Shown here: positions 24,626 through 43,340 of the stretch, piece after piece | How the letters are laid out: each line of letters opens with the position of its first letter | Position numbering within the stretch: the first letter of the stretch is position 1 | From: Ascidiella aspersa | Lineage: Eukaryota | Direction of reading: 5' to 3' | Length of the DNA stretch: 64,000 nt | Assembly (NCBI GenBank): GCA_963924565.1 | Contig: OZ004613.1 | Span: 22,196,001-22,260,000 of the forward strand | Program-made: the position numbers and the translations under genes | The notes under the pieces: generated by a model | Database searches by the model: none | What the model was told of the DNA's origin: nothing | What the model saw: only the letters and a program-made list of their open reading frames with translations

Positions 24626-25085
24626 CAGTGTTGCAATGACTTAGGCTAAGTCACCGTTTTCAAGTGACTTGATCTAAGTTTTTTGACCATAATGACTAGA
24701 CTTGACTTAATTAGGTTGAACAAATGACTTGATATTGATTTGGACTTAAGTCATTGTTTCTAATAACTTAAAAAAAAATTTAAGTGTTTTCATCAAATGT
24801 TTATTAATAAAATTGGGATATTAATTTCAATTTTTGGAAATAAAACAATTTACTTATTGCGTTTGTGTTAATTTTGGTTAAGTTGTGGCTCGTGTTTCGA
24901 CGAGTTTGCAAGTTTTAATAGTTTCACGCTTTATTTTTACGCAAATGACGTGACTTGAAGTTGATTTGTTCTAATAATGACTTGACTTGGGTAACTGATG
25001 ATTTGGTCTGGGACTTGACTTGTGTTTTTTACAAATGACCCGACTGGAACTTAAGTCATTTCAAAATGACTTGTTTACAACACTT
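24626..25085. mobile_element. MITE with GACTTG subterminal repeats; partial inverted copy at about 38809-38940
   Basis: Ends CAGTGTTG / CAACACTT; many TGACTT(G) units; TSD-like AATCCCAG/GATCACAG; its right end is the reverse complement of sequence at 38809. Confidence 0.65.
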
Positions 25086-28000
25086 GATCACAGTGCAAAA
25101 TGCATGAGAGGGTGATACAAAACCTTTAAATTTCTACCCAAGTTAATGTGTTCTCCGGAGAAAAAAAAACTACGCTTTTATTAGGTCTATTGCGGGGTTT
25201 CTGAACCGTGACCCCCCCAAGGCCCCCAGAGCGCCACGAGCGTCGGGTACACATGGTTTTGAATATTGTCCAACTCAAATTTGTGGCTTCAATTACGACT
25301 TTAGAAAACTACAGTGTCCGTGCTGCCACAAATAGTTAAGAGTTCACAGAAGGGTCAACCACTCATGAAAGGGTAAAAACCACCGGCCTAGTTTACATTA
25401 GTCGTACACATCCACTTACTCTACAAGAGATATCCTTTTTTGTGCAAAATACTTTTTCGCTTTATTCAAGTTTAGTAAAGTTCTATTTTTTAAAACAACC
25501 AAAAACTAGAAAAAAACATATTGCTCCATAAAAACGTTGACATTATAACAGAAGGATTCCCAAACATGGACATATGTCGCCTTTCTGGCAAATCGTAAAA
25601 TACGGTTTGCTGAACAATCAGTTTCGTATTCAAACAATCAGTTTTGCTTTTTTCGATGTACCGTATTGGCATCGCCTTGTTGGGCGAAAGATGTTTTTAC
25701 GCTAACAGTGGAAAAGTATCACATTAGCTAATATGGGGTATGGAGATGAATGAACTACGCAAGATTACCAAGCGTGATGAACTTAAATGGTACCCTTTAA
25801 AGTTTCAACTACGTGCTTTGTTAGTTTAACAACAAATCACATGAGCAAGAACAGTTTAAACTGATGATAAGTGCGGTGTACTTTTTAGGTATCATAATGC
25901 GCAATATTGACCCCTGTATTGCGTGACCTGTTGAAATACGCCGAGTTCGCCTTTGTCCTAAGTGAAATACCCAAGGAAGACAACTGAAAGGGCGTGACAT
26001 TTCACCAAATGAGGTTGAGCCACGGACGTTCAGAGACGGCCCTTCTAATGAGCTGTCCCAGTTTGCGTCGAACCTTCCACATACAATCTGGTGCTACATC
26101 CAGTTAAATAGCACACGGCGGCGACGCGACCATATTTGGAGGTATCAGCGAGCTGCCAACGACAGATCTTGTTTACATTCGAACTCCACCGTCGCTCGCA
26201 AAATATTTGCCTTTGCCGGTTTTGCTTGCTCACTGGGCGGCTTTTTGGTTACTGGGCTGTCTCGGTACCGAAGCTGTCCTCGTTAAAGTTTAACCAGTAT
26301 ATCCGCGTGCGCCTTCGTTTCTCTGTTTTACCACTTTGTTGCCAAGATTTCGCAAGGGTTCAGCAAAGAGCAAATTGGAGATATTTTCGGTAAAGATCGC
26401 AAAACAGGACGAAAAAGTCCATTGGTTTTCGTGTCCTAGTTATCTGTTTTTTACGTTAAGTCGGCGCCTTCGCCTTTTAGTGTTTAAACTTATCGATCGG
26501 CTAAAAATATTGCGCAGCGAAAGTTCAACCTTGAAATGTGGCCACGCGCTTATTTACACGAGTCGCGTTTTTCTGGTCGACCTAATCGTTAATTTAAAGA
26601 ATGCTGACGCGTGATGACTCTGAGTTACGCCTCGTAATATCCATTGACCTTTTGGATTGTTTGGTGACATTCCGCGCATTTCACTGCGAGGTAATTCTCC
26701 ACAGCCAGTTCAACCCACTCATCGTAGTATGCACAATAAAATTAGTGGAGTCGGTAAAATCAACGCAAAGCTATTTCTCCATGCCAACTTTACATGAGAC
26801 TTAACACCTTGCGACTTCGGTTGAAACTTCGGTTAAATTTCAAAAAAGTATTCACACCTCACAGTCAGATGCAATGCGTAAATCGTATTTTTCATGCGTC
26901 ATTTTCATCCCGAAAACTAGTGTGAAAATCCACCACATACGCTTAAGACTCATTTCCCGGTTTTAAATTGATTTTAGCTAAAAGCTCGAAAGAAGTCCGA
27001 ACTGACAGCCAATTTCGTTTCTGAAAAGCAAATCGGCCTTATTGACGTATCCCTAAAACTTGTATGTGGTTCAACAGTCCTCTTGAAACCTATTTCACGC
27101 TCTTGCCTTGGGTGTACTGAATTCCCTGCTGATATCCATACTCGTTCAATACTGATGATATCGGTTTTACCTCGGCATCAAGTTACTTGGTGTTTTTCTC
27201 TGGTGATTTCGGTGATAACAGTTAGTGGTTTTAAACTGGACAGAGTTGATTGTTGGCCGCTTGTTATCTTGTTTCGTACAGTAAATTGAAGGTATGATAC
27301 AGTAATAGGACTTTTTGTATCGTGATGTTATTTATCCCGAGTACCGCTTAACGGTGTTGGTAACAAACAGTGTCCCAAATTCTCACTATAACACCATTCA
27401 GCCGACCTATTCTTCAGGACCATCTAAATACTTGTAAGGCACATGAAGCTTGGTTTACAATGAGGCTTTTGTTAAAATCTGCCGCACTCGGCAACACATT
27501 GCGTAGCTGTTTTGGCGTGCCGTGCCGTCCATGCGTCATGAAGCGAGCTCGGAACGCCAACAAGGTTAGGTTAATGGCACTTTTTGACTTTTATGGATCA
27601 CGTTGATGCCGTTGTTTTTTTGATAGTTAACGTCGAAACGCGATAGAAATCAAACCGCACGCCAAAATATCGTTAAATCGTTTGACTTTCTTCACCGCAT
27701 TTGTGACAAACATAAGTAGCATACAAATGAAATCCCTGACTGGCCTTTCGCGGTGAAATAATAAAAGTCAATGAAGGGTTTTGTGTCTCAACCGAAGGTT
27801 TTGCGAATCGCCGAAGTTAAATGTTTAAACTTTGATTCTACGCGAAACTGTGCAAGTTTAATTGTGCTTTTACAGCGTTGCGAAATGTTTTTGTTGCTCA
27901 GCCATACCGTTAAATCTAAATGATATCCCAAAAGCGCATTCCTTTCAGTAGACCTAAGTTCCCGCAACGAAACAATACGATTCAAGCGTAACAAAACCAA

Positions 28001-28679
28001 GCCTGCCGTTTCAGCAGGTTTTTGTCAGAACACCCCAAACCCTTTCCAGTCGATTACTTGGAATTTCGTCGTTAGCGGAGGCAGCCTGTGCAACGCTTAT
28101 TCCCGCCAAATTGAGTTAAACAGGGTTGTGTTAAGCGCTTAACGGTTGAAACGCCAGAAGGTGACTACTTCAATACTGATAAACTGGTTTGACCTGAGAA
28201 CGACAGCAGCTACGATTTTTTGTCGGCACAGAAAAGCTGACGAACTTACAGTGTAAGGATCGAATTCGAAAGTAAAGGAAATCTTAGAACGTCGCTTATG
28301 CCTGCAGGTATTACGTGAAACGCGCTCGTTTTTTTATAAAGCCAATTACTGTACTACGATGTAACGCTATCTTGAGAAGAGTAACCTTACACCGAAGTAT
28401 TAGCTTTTCAAACAAATGACAACGCGTCAGTTTGGCGATACGGTTACACGAGGACCACGTTTGAATTAGCCTAAACACCGTGTGAAACCAGCAGACATGA
28501 CATGTCGCCTGTACGTCGTTACGTATTAGCCCGATCGTTGGGCCCATTTAAACAAAGTGTAGCAATTAGATACAGGTTACAGTTAACAACAATAACGGCC
28601 GTTGCGTGCAAACTGAATCCCGCGCCCGTTATGCGCCAGTGGGCGATAAAGGGGCGCGCTGAAGAGAAAAACGCGACTT

Positions 28680-28707
28680 CCATATTAGGCGATATCGCCT
28701 TATAAGG
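28680..28707. promoter_or_regulatory. Paired CArG boxes (SRF sites) upstream of the actin cluster
   Basis: CCATATTAGG (28680-28689) and CCTTATAAGG (28698-28707), both perfect CC(A/T)6GG, followed by CACGTG E-boxes at about 28748-28766. Confidence 0.7.
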
Positions 28708-29896
28708 CAATGAGCGCGCGTTTGCGTGGCTGGGCGGAAAGGTGCGTCACGTGTCTACGTCACGTGATTTCCAGTAAATCCAAACGCAGCCTGTAGCTTT
28801 GCCGGTTCTGGGCTTTGCCATGCGGTTTGGGAAGCTGGAATGAATGCTGTTCGGTGCATTTTCGTAAAATACCGCACAATTTTAGGACAAGGCGTTTCAC
28901 AGTTAAGGCGAAGGTTAGTGGTGCGGCGATTAACTGAGTTGCTCACAGTTCACAGTGCCGCTTATAATCTACAACACAGATGATATGTGCTGAATAAGCA
29001 ACAAAACCAATAACAGTTCACATCCGCCGCGTTTCCCACAAAACGGCTTGTTGCTGCTGCCTACAGGAAAACGATGATTATTATCTGAATTTACGTTATT
29101 CATACCTATTGCCCAGGGCAAACTCAGTTTGACTTTGGGCGCGGCGTAGGGTTTTACAACGAACTTCTGACGGTATACAATGACTAAGATTATTAATTTG
29201 AGATGTTTTCAAACCTAGTACAATAACTTACACTTAAACACTTTTTTTAAATAATTGCAGAAAGTTATGAAAGCAAACGCGAGTCATTTTTCCTATTTAA
29301 AATTCTTCTATTCGTGCTAGATTTTAGTTACAATTAATATATTAGTGGAAAAGTGGGTTTTTAAGTTTATAAATGACCAAATGCTTTGTCCTTAAAAGCC
29401 ATATTGACATGTGTATAGTGTGTGTGGTAAACTAGGTTCTGTTGTTGACCGTAAAAAACGAGTTTTGTCTGAAACCCGGTCGCTTTTCATCCAGTCATTT
29501 CAGCAGACAATTCAGCAGACAGATTAAGGAATTACGTATTGCCCGGCGAAAAACTGCACGCCTACGCAGACCGGTTTATGGTAACGCGGAGGAGCTGGCT
29601 TTCTGTTACTGCCCTGGGTGACTTTTTCTCCAAAGGTGCACCTTACCTTGCGAAACTTTGCCGCTTAAGGAGACATTGGTTGGCACAAAGCAATACGATT
29701 TCGACTGTCCGGTCCTTTCACGGACTTGCAAATTGCTCGTTTTTGTTGACTTTGCCCTAAAAGGGTAAATACGTGCGTCATTCGGTGGGCAGTTGCGAGA
29801 GCAAGGCGCGAGGTGACGGCGGTGCGCTTTTTTCGCCGGGACGATTTCGGCCGTTCGCCGTTCCGGGCTGGTAATTCAAACCGGCCGATTGTATGC

Positions 29897-29983
29897 CCTT
29901 AAAAGGAGATGACGCTTTTTTTTTCGCCTCGCCGACGCACTCGAGCATAAAATGTACGGGCGGGCGGCGGCGGTCCGGCAGTT
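29897..29983 (+). promoter_or_regulatory. Probable core promoter of actin 1 (CArG, TATA-like, initiator)
   Basis: CCTTAAAAGG 29897-29906; CATAAAA 29946-29952; GTCCGGCAGTT 29973-29983, shared with the actin 5 upstream region. Confidence 0.6.
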
Positions 29984-30378
29984 CGTTTCCTTCCTGGGTT
30001 CAAAGTTTTGCAAGCGGACGTCTTACTGCAGTACTGCCAGCCGGTCAGCCTCTAGGCGATTTAAGCTTTGATCGGCGCACCGCCAGTGAATGTAGGCGAA
30101 GTAGTTAAAGCACAAACAGTATGGGCGATTTAAAGTTTGGCGGGAGAGTTATGCCGAGTGGCCTTTTGGGCAGATTTAGGTTTGGCGTCTTTAAAATTGC
30201 CCTTTGAGCTGCCGGTTGAAGATTTTATATGTTTTTTCATTGCGAGTGTCAAATTAATATTAAAAAAGGGTAAAATCGAAATGAAGTTGGGGAAACCAAA
30301 TAATCTGTAACTATTAACTACCAGGTTTATAAATTAACGCAATTTTATAGTTTGCAGTTTATCGTCTTGTCTAAATAA

Positions 30379-31530
<1,152 letters not shown>

Positions 31531-32151
31531 CAATTTTCGTATGGCTGTTTGATGCTATAGCATAGTTGTACCATCGGACGATATTTATATTGTTTTCGTC
31601 ATTTTTACAGCGTCATTTTTGCGCTGATCTATTGGCTTGTTTTGAATATTAATATCTTCTTTGGCAAACATAAAATTAGTCTTACCTATTTGTAAAATAT
31701 TAACATATCGATAGTGACAAAATGCAATGCAATCGTTTAACATTTGTGCTTTTTCTAAAACATCTGGCATTGTTAACGTAACGCCCTGGGTAAACATAAA
31801 GTTTAGAACAACCACAGATATCTTTCTTTGCATGCTATTCCTTACTGAGCAAGTTGTTTTTAAAAACATTGCTTCTATGCTAATGTAGCAAGTGTATTAT
31901 TGTCAAATACCAACCGCTTAGTTTGGTTGTCATAAAACAGAAATTTAGAAACTAAACCGTTACAAAAGTAGTTTAGTTATTCGCTATTCAAAAGCTAAAA
32001 TTTGTTGCTTATTGAATTTGTTTACAAATATTATGTAAACTGTATAGAATACTGTGGTTACTAAATGTTAACAAATCGTTGATGTCTCCAAGGAATTTGA
32101 AATTTTCTTTAAAGTACTTCAATCGTTTTCCTTTTTTCAGATTAATTCTAG

Positions 32152-33315
<1,164 letters not shown>

Positions 33316-33812
33316 CAATTCCATGCATTTATCATTTAAACAGTCGTAATAAATGTATGCAGTGTGACTTACCGTTTATACTTTATATGACGTTATTTTG
33401 TTCACACAAAACGCTTTGGGTTTCTGGAGCCAACACAAGCATTTAGCCGTGATATTGTGTGGTTTTAAATTAAAAGCCCCAACGAAATAATATAGAAGGT
33501 TTTTGTAATTCAATTTAGTTTATTTATGTTGTTTTGATTTTTAATTCGCTGAAAAATTGTGCTTTGTAGAGAAGATAAAATCGTAAGGAAGTCTTATCGT
33601 TAATATTTCTTTTGTTTAATCCTGCTCCACTGTAAGTTAAATCCATTTTAGCTAAAATTGCCTGTAAAATAATATTGATGTGTTGACAAAGCGATAGACA
33701 AGGATTTTTATCAAATTACTTTACCCTGCAATATTTGCGTCAATATTTATTCCATTAATAGCGGGACGTTTCTTGTTTTTTCAGATTTATTTCATTTTTT
33801 TAAACTGAATAA

Positions 33813-34961
<1,149 letters not shown>

Positions 34962-37767
34962 ACAATTTAACACTAATGGCCATATAATGGTAGTGACAAA
35001 GACATATGCAGTGACTTATTTTTATTTTCTCGCTGCGCTGCTATAGTTTTTACACGCCAGTTTAAACGGTTTTATTTTGCTATTCATCCGACCAACCATA
35101 TTCATTTGCACCGAGTATTTGGGGTTATTTTGTAGAAATATTTCATGTAAAACTGCTACTGTTTGAAAACGCTACAAATGTATGTAATAATTACACAGAT
35201 ATTACTGTTATTTACCTATGTATTCAACTGTATTTTCTCTTGAAATAAATGTAAACAAAGAGTTTGTTTGCATGGGCAAATAGGACAGGCTCATCTTTAA
35301 TTTCCAGTTAGCAATTTTACTGAATATAATGTAGCCTATAGACATTTTGAGGAAAACAAATTAAATACTGCTTTGATTTATGTTTGAATCAAAAACTGGT
35401 TACATTTTACAAAAATAAATAATGGCATGAATTCGAGAGGTGCTGAAAACTTTGTGTTGGTAGGCATTTTTTAAAAAAGGTCAAAAGCTTATTTCGTATT
35501 TAAGACTGACAGCGCAACGTTCGTTTGTTTGTCAATGAAATCACTTTGTCTCGTGCAGGGATCGGTAACCAAAACCAAATTTAGAAAGCTTTCGGCGGCC
35601 ATAATGAAGTTTACTTCCAATTTTTAGAATATTGAATTATATTACTATAACAAAATATTCAGAGACAGAACCAGGATATTTTTGGATTGAAAATTGTATA
35701 ATAAGAAAACGGTATAACTAAAAAAAAAACATTTAGGACATCGCTCCATGCCCAGTTTTTAAATGAGAAGGCGTGCCGAAAAAAATAGATTAACTGACAC
35801 ACCCCGGGCCTGAATCAAGGTTAAAGAAAACTAACTTTCTTATATAACTGAAGTATTTGTAAGACTGTTTTATATGTTTTTAGCAAAATAGTATAACAGT
35901 TGTCACTTTTACGAATACTTTTCATAACGCAAAACATTTACCACTTTTAAGCATTTTTTTTTAATTTGTAACCTAATTATTGTTTACGGGCCTTTTTTAT
36001 TCTAGTATACGAGCCCACAAGGCGAGGATACGAATTGCGACAGCAATATTGCATTAATTTTCTGAACTCTATAAATACCGATTGTTATCCGACATTTAAT
36101 ATAACCTTATTATAGAAAGTGTAACTGTCCGATTTAAATTAAATTTGTGCCAATTTGAAATATAGATAGGCATAAGTGATAAAATTTATTCATTAAAGCA
36201 ATAAAGTTTATTCACTCGTGAAAGCAAAAACAAACGATTTTTACAAAAGAGTATCAGCAGGATTTAGGTAAGGTGTATAGCTAAAAGTGAGTTTTATGTA
36301 AAACATAGCAATGCAATTTATATATTTTTTTGTTCCGTTTGCTATCGGTATAATCTTCCAGGCTGAAAATGTGCAGTAAACAAATAGCAATAAATAATGT
36401 GTTGCTTTTGAAAAGCAGGTTTAAATTTATGCAAATAATATCCAGAACACCTGTACGTTCGTAAACCTGTACGTTTGCACCCATTACAGTAAACTTTGAT
36501 ATTAAATCATCAAGCAACTGGTCTGGTCCTAAAGTGCCAGTACAAATATTTTTACAGCATGTCAAGAACATATTTTCAATTTAAAAACGTATACATGTGC
36601 AAGGGAACTTAGTTGTGTGTAGCTATGCTTGGCTATGTATATTGCATGCCCTTTCTGAGATGAAGAATCTATGGCTTCTAAAAGTAAACCGATACCTAAA
36701 TTTGGAAACCACGAACTTAGCGGCGCATAGGTAATAAATGCAGAAGATGAAATTTTTTCTGGTTTACCACCTTTATGGCTGTTAAATTTCAATAATTTAT
36801 TGGTGAATGGCATACTAAAGGTTGGCAGCTCCTAATATAAATCTTGTACTGCATTACAATCCACCTTTGCGCATCGAATTTTTTTTACCTATACATAATT
36901 CATGTGAAGCTATAGCCTGCGATTGCCGGTCATAAGCACTCGTATCTTGATCGCCTAAATCACTTCGATAAATGCCATTTTATGTTTTGTGTACTTAATG
37001 CATCACAACGACTTATAACTATTGCAAATATTGCCAACTAAATCAAATCAAATAAACGCAAATTTTCCCCTTTGCTGTTATCTTCTTGAAAGTCCTTGCA
37101 TTGAATTTCCGTTGCACATTTGCGCGCGAGTTCGACCGAAAATAGCGGGTGCTTTTAAAATTACATATTTTATCACATCACATTAGAACATACCCGTTTG
37201 ACTTGAACACTTTCTTTAACCCCCCAAAAAACTGAATTCGGCCCTGATACTTGCGGTCTAGTTTTTTACGCCAAACAATGAGGTCCCTATTGACGAACTG
37301 TGGCGTTCCTGAGCGCTTCGAGGGGTGGCGTCTTGCATTTCTAATGAATAAGCCAACAGTGAATAACAGTGAACAATACAGAACATAACGACATTAAATA
37401 TATTAGGCGTTCAGTCTAAAAATGGCTCAAAAGTGTTTACTATTAGGGATAATGTTGAAAGTTCTCTCAGCCTTCTCCAAACCTGATTGCCGAATCTTCG
37501 AAGTTTTCCATCTACGGTGGACTTTAGAAAAATGGCCAAAAATAAATGTTGATAAAACGGTTTCAGGGGTAATCATGAAAACACAAAATAACACCAGGTG
37601 AATGGTAAAAATAGTATGGAAACAACATATATGCAAACGATAAAATAAACTGTGCAACAAGCAAACACTAAAAAAAATTGCGCAACGTTTTACTGAGATA
37701 TAGCCTATTTCGGGTCCCACATTCAGGTTTAGCAGTAAACAAACAACACAATAAATATTGTCAATTA

Positions 37768-38744
37768 AGAAGTTGAACCGAACCGAAATGGAGTTTTACA
37801 AATTGGTTTTAGGCTAACATTTTATATCTTGCTTTTTATTTGATAAATTAAGTAAGAGACGAACTTACTCTATATACGCTATACAAACTGTAAATCACAA
37901 CAATGTTTTGGGGAATTACAAAAAGTATGGGAAAGGTATAGGCCTAATAATAATAGCGCGAAAGATTGCGGCAACACTTTGCCCATTATGTAAAAAGCGG
38001 CGTTTATTCCTGCGTGGTGTGTTTATCAAATAACTGCCGATTTTTCACGTTCATAAAACAATTAAACAGTTGCAATAGTTTTTTGTCAGTTTTTAGTTTA
38101 GTTAAAGATATCCATATCGAACTCGAACCGAAACTTTATAAACCGGTTTTCAAATTAACTTTGGTCTAACCCAGGGATGTCCAACCTTTTAAAAGAATGG
38201 GCCGCAAATTGACACTTTAAAAATTTCGATGGGCCGCAAAACCCATTAAATGAAAGGGGTGACGTCATAAGTTACGTCATTTCGTCACGTTATAAAATAA
38301 CTTAATTTACAAATATTCGCTCTTCGAGAGTGAACTCGTGCGCAAATATGCAAGTGAATGTCAGCCTTATCTCGCGAAGCGCGACAATTGAGTTTACATG
38401 CCGCATTATGCAATGGTACGACACATTTGGGCTGATATATTTTCTTATAACGGCCGCAAAAGCACACAGTTAGAAAAACACACACCTTGCTTGACAATGA
38501 TGGCGTTTGATGGCCGTTGAAATGCGGCATTAGACTCAACTATAGTCTCAGAAAAAATATGAGATTATGCCTTCATCAAATACTGCGCGTTCTACACATT
38601 TTAATGATAGTCGAAACAATTGTTTTAAATAAAGGATATTGAAAGTGAAAATAAATAGTGGGCCGCAAAAGAATAGCATCCTAAAAAACAAAGTTGAACC
38701 CGATCCGAAACTGAACCGAAAATGCCCAACGGTTCAACTTTCTG
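37768..38744. mobile_element. MITE-like element with GAACCG subrepeats, containing a nested hAT-type MITE fragment (38172 to about 38670)
   Basis: Outer ends AGAAGTTGAACCG / CGGTTCAACTTTCTG; inner start CAGGGATGTCCAACCTTTT with GGGCCGCAAA repeats. Confidence 0.6.
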
Positions 38745-41672
38745 CTCAAATGGCAATTAAGTCCTTACCCTATAAACTGATTACTTTTTAACCCTAATGT
38801 GCTTCTTGCAGTGTTATGAACAATTCATTTTGAAATGACTCACAATTAACTCTAAGTCACAATCAACTTGTTTGAAAAAAACACCGAATCAAGTCCCAGT
38901 TCAAGTCATTAGTTCCTAAAGTGAAGTTCCAGTCAAGTTTAGATATAAGTTGGGCGATTATTTTTCGACATAAAAAATGAGAAATTTTTTATCAAAAAAT
39001 TTTAAATCTTGACAAACTTTGACCTAAAAATATATTTTTTTGACAAAATTTTAACCTATCAGAAATACATTAATTTAAAAAACATTTTGTTGTTTGAAAT
39101 ACTGCATTAGTGTATTGGCGTCGCCAACTACACATTTTAGATGTTTTACTGACTATACCGGTCGAACACAAATCAGTTGTTATCAGGCAGTCGAGCCGGA
39201 ACCGAAGAAACAACCTTTTAAAAAAGCGATTCACTCCAACATGACGTCATAACCGTATTTTACTAAGTTAAGTAATGCTATGAAAAAAGTCATTGCTGCC
39301 AGGCATAATGCATAACCGAGTGTTGCTCATCCAGCAGTTTTATTATAATCAATCGACGATTCGACGTCCTATACAAGACGCCTTCATGAGGATAATGGCA
39401 TATCATGTAAGACAGATTTCTTATAAGGCGAACAATTGCAACCAACCACACATATAAACAGCGACAATGAATCGTGCGATTGCCGATTATAACTTAAGTT
39501 ATGCTATGTTTCGAAATTTTATAATTATTCGTTGAATAAACGTGGCTTTATTATTTTTATTGGATATTTAAATAAAAAGTTAGTTTATTTTTTGCTTTTT
39601 ATTTTACCTTACCAGTATAAACTATGAAGTACAGTATTTATTTGACATCGCTGCTCTATAACTATTGAAAAAGTAGATCTAAATAGACGCATATATCCTT
39701 TTTTAATGTTTCACAGCATTACAAAAATGTATATGTTATCAATATAGTTAAACTTTGTAATCCGTGAACCTTGAAAATAGAATGTAAATGTCAAACCCAT
39801 TTTATAAAAAAAATCATAAATCCCTGGGTATTGTGTCGTCACAATTTCCCGATACAAACGCTTGACGTGTAAAGCTAAGTTTACAAGAGTTTGTTTCTAA
39901 GTAAAATGTTTTAAGTACCGTAGATGTAATGTCCAAAACACTCAGCTCAGTGGTACTGTCGAACTAGAGGTGCAATGGTCGCTCGCTAAAGTTATAATCT
40001 TGGGAAAAATATGGGGTAAGTGTTTTTTATATGTTTGCTTATACAATATGTTTCTTGTAACTGCTTGATTTAAAAAAAAGTGAGAAATGTGTATGGATAA
40101 CTGTTAAGTTTAAATTAAATTTGCCTATCGAAAGCTAACCCTCTCGCTTGATCAAATCAGAGAAACAATATCGAAAAGCAATTTAATGACACGTTGATTT
40201 AAAGTGTTATATTGCGGTAAATTCCAAGCTTTAAAAAAAAAATTAGGATATGAAAAAAAATATAAAAAAAAAGCTGGACATAGTTAGACAGCAAAAAGCT
40301 ATATGATAAGATAACACAACCGTTTTTTTAGAGGATATTGCTGTGAAGCATCGTGTGCTAATAAACTAGGCTCTGATACATTAACATATCTCGTATTATT
40401 TTATTGAATATGAAAGCGAAATTCACTCTTATAAAACGACCACGTGTTAGGCTACGGGAATCCCCTTTCTGGCAACCGCCGCTTTGTTGATTATTTCCTG
40501 TATATTTCAGCAAAATTAATTAAATGTGTATCTAACTATTTATTTAATACGGCCATATTGGACGAACAAATATATCGCTCTGACAGTGTGTCACAATAAA
40601 ATAGGTATATTTGCAACAAATAAATGCCCGCCAGTAGTGTTTTTTATGATTATGCTATATATTATACAATGTCAAATGTATGATTGGATAATTAGGAAGC
40701 TGCCAAACAGCTGTAGTTGATGTGTAAGCTCGTGCGGAATTTTCGCTGGTTTTAGACAGTACGCAATTCCATGAATAATTTAATTGGTGTTCCGCGTTGC
40801 TGAAGAATCGCCGCTAGGAGAGCTGTTCAGGTTTGTCTGGATTAGCATTTCCTTGTGACCATATTTAGTAATGCGATGCATGCGCTCTTTCTTCGCGCTT
40901 TGGAAATCTTACTACCACACCCGGGCCTCAATCAGCCGGGTTGGTCAGTCAGAAGGATCATTGCAAGCTGACAGGTGCCGTGTCGACATGTTGAGTTCAG
41001 AAACTCTTTTCATGAGAAGTTACTGTAACCTACGTGAAGTTGCGCTTATTTAGAATCCTACAAGAGTTGTTTTACTATAAAGAAACGAGTTGTAAAAATC
41101 GAATATAATAATAATACTTGAGCAAGCGAGCCGAAACGCCTACTCGCACCCTAACCCAAATAATGTTAGTAATATAAAACCCTGGACGAAAATGTGTTAG
41201 GATTCCAGACCAGCACTTGATAAGACTTGTTACGTCGGACTAATATATACTTTTACGTCATATCTATACTGTTTGCAAAAACAATAAGTTAAACAGCAAT
41301 TTTAAATTGTACTGGTATAATACTTTTCGTTAAACTACGTTTGACCAACTTATATGAACTTTTACTTCCTGATTACTGCCAGTGCATAAACTAGGGTGTG
41401 TGTTCTGAAATCCGAAATACTTTGCAGCCTGTTTCAGCCTGTCGATCACTGCAGTAACAAAATAACATAAATGCCATCATCAATAATGTGAATTTTTTTA
41501 ATTCTGGCTTTGGCCTATTGAAATTATAGCAAAACTTAAAATAACTCAAATTGCTTATCTATGCTACTTTGTTTAAAACTATGTGTATAGTACCAGTTAT
41601 AACATGTTAATTAGGTATTAGGTTCAATTGGCTTTGACTTAACTAATTATTTCTCTTACATTTTAATAGTAA

Positions 41673-42851
<1,179 letters not shown>

Positions 42852-43273
42852 TTACTACAAGCTGTAAACATTAATATTTAGAATCAGTTACTATCGAGAA
42901 TATTTCCATTTATTGTTTTAAATATTTTCTTCCAATGTTGTTCTACGAACTATCTTGTCGAAACAATATTAATTTTACATGTCATTTGTCACAAAGTTGT
43001 GTTATAATAATGTGGAATACTGAATTTATGTGTTTCTTATGCCATATACATTCCTTGGTGGTGTTATAACCAAAGCATAATGTTTTAATGACCAATATTT
43101 TTAATTTTTGAATGCGTTCTATATATCTTTGAATGTCCTGTGAAAGTGGAATAAATTCTAATCTGATACCTTCACACACACATTGTGTATAGCATTATGT
43201 GATCAAGCTCTTTTTGGGGAGGGGGTGTACATATGATAAGTAGTTTTTCAACATGCTCCCCTATTTAGTCTTT

Positions 43274-43340
43274 GTAGCTCATTTGGTGAAATGACTGTTC
43301 AGGTTTGTCCAGAGTTGGTGAGTTCAAACCTCGCCACGGG
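43274..43340 (+). mobile_element. tRNA-derived SINE head (degenerate)
   Basis: A-box-like TAGCTCATTTGG and B-box GTTCAAACC (43322-43330) at tRNA spacing; no full cloverleaf. Confidence 0.55.
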
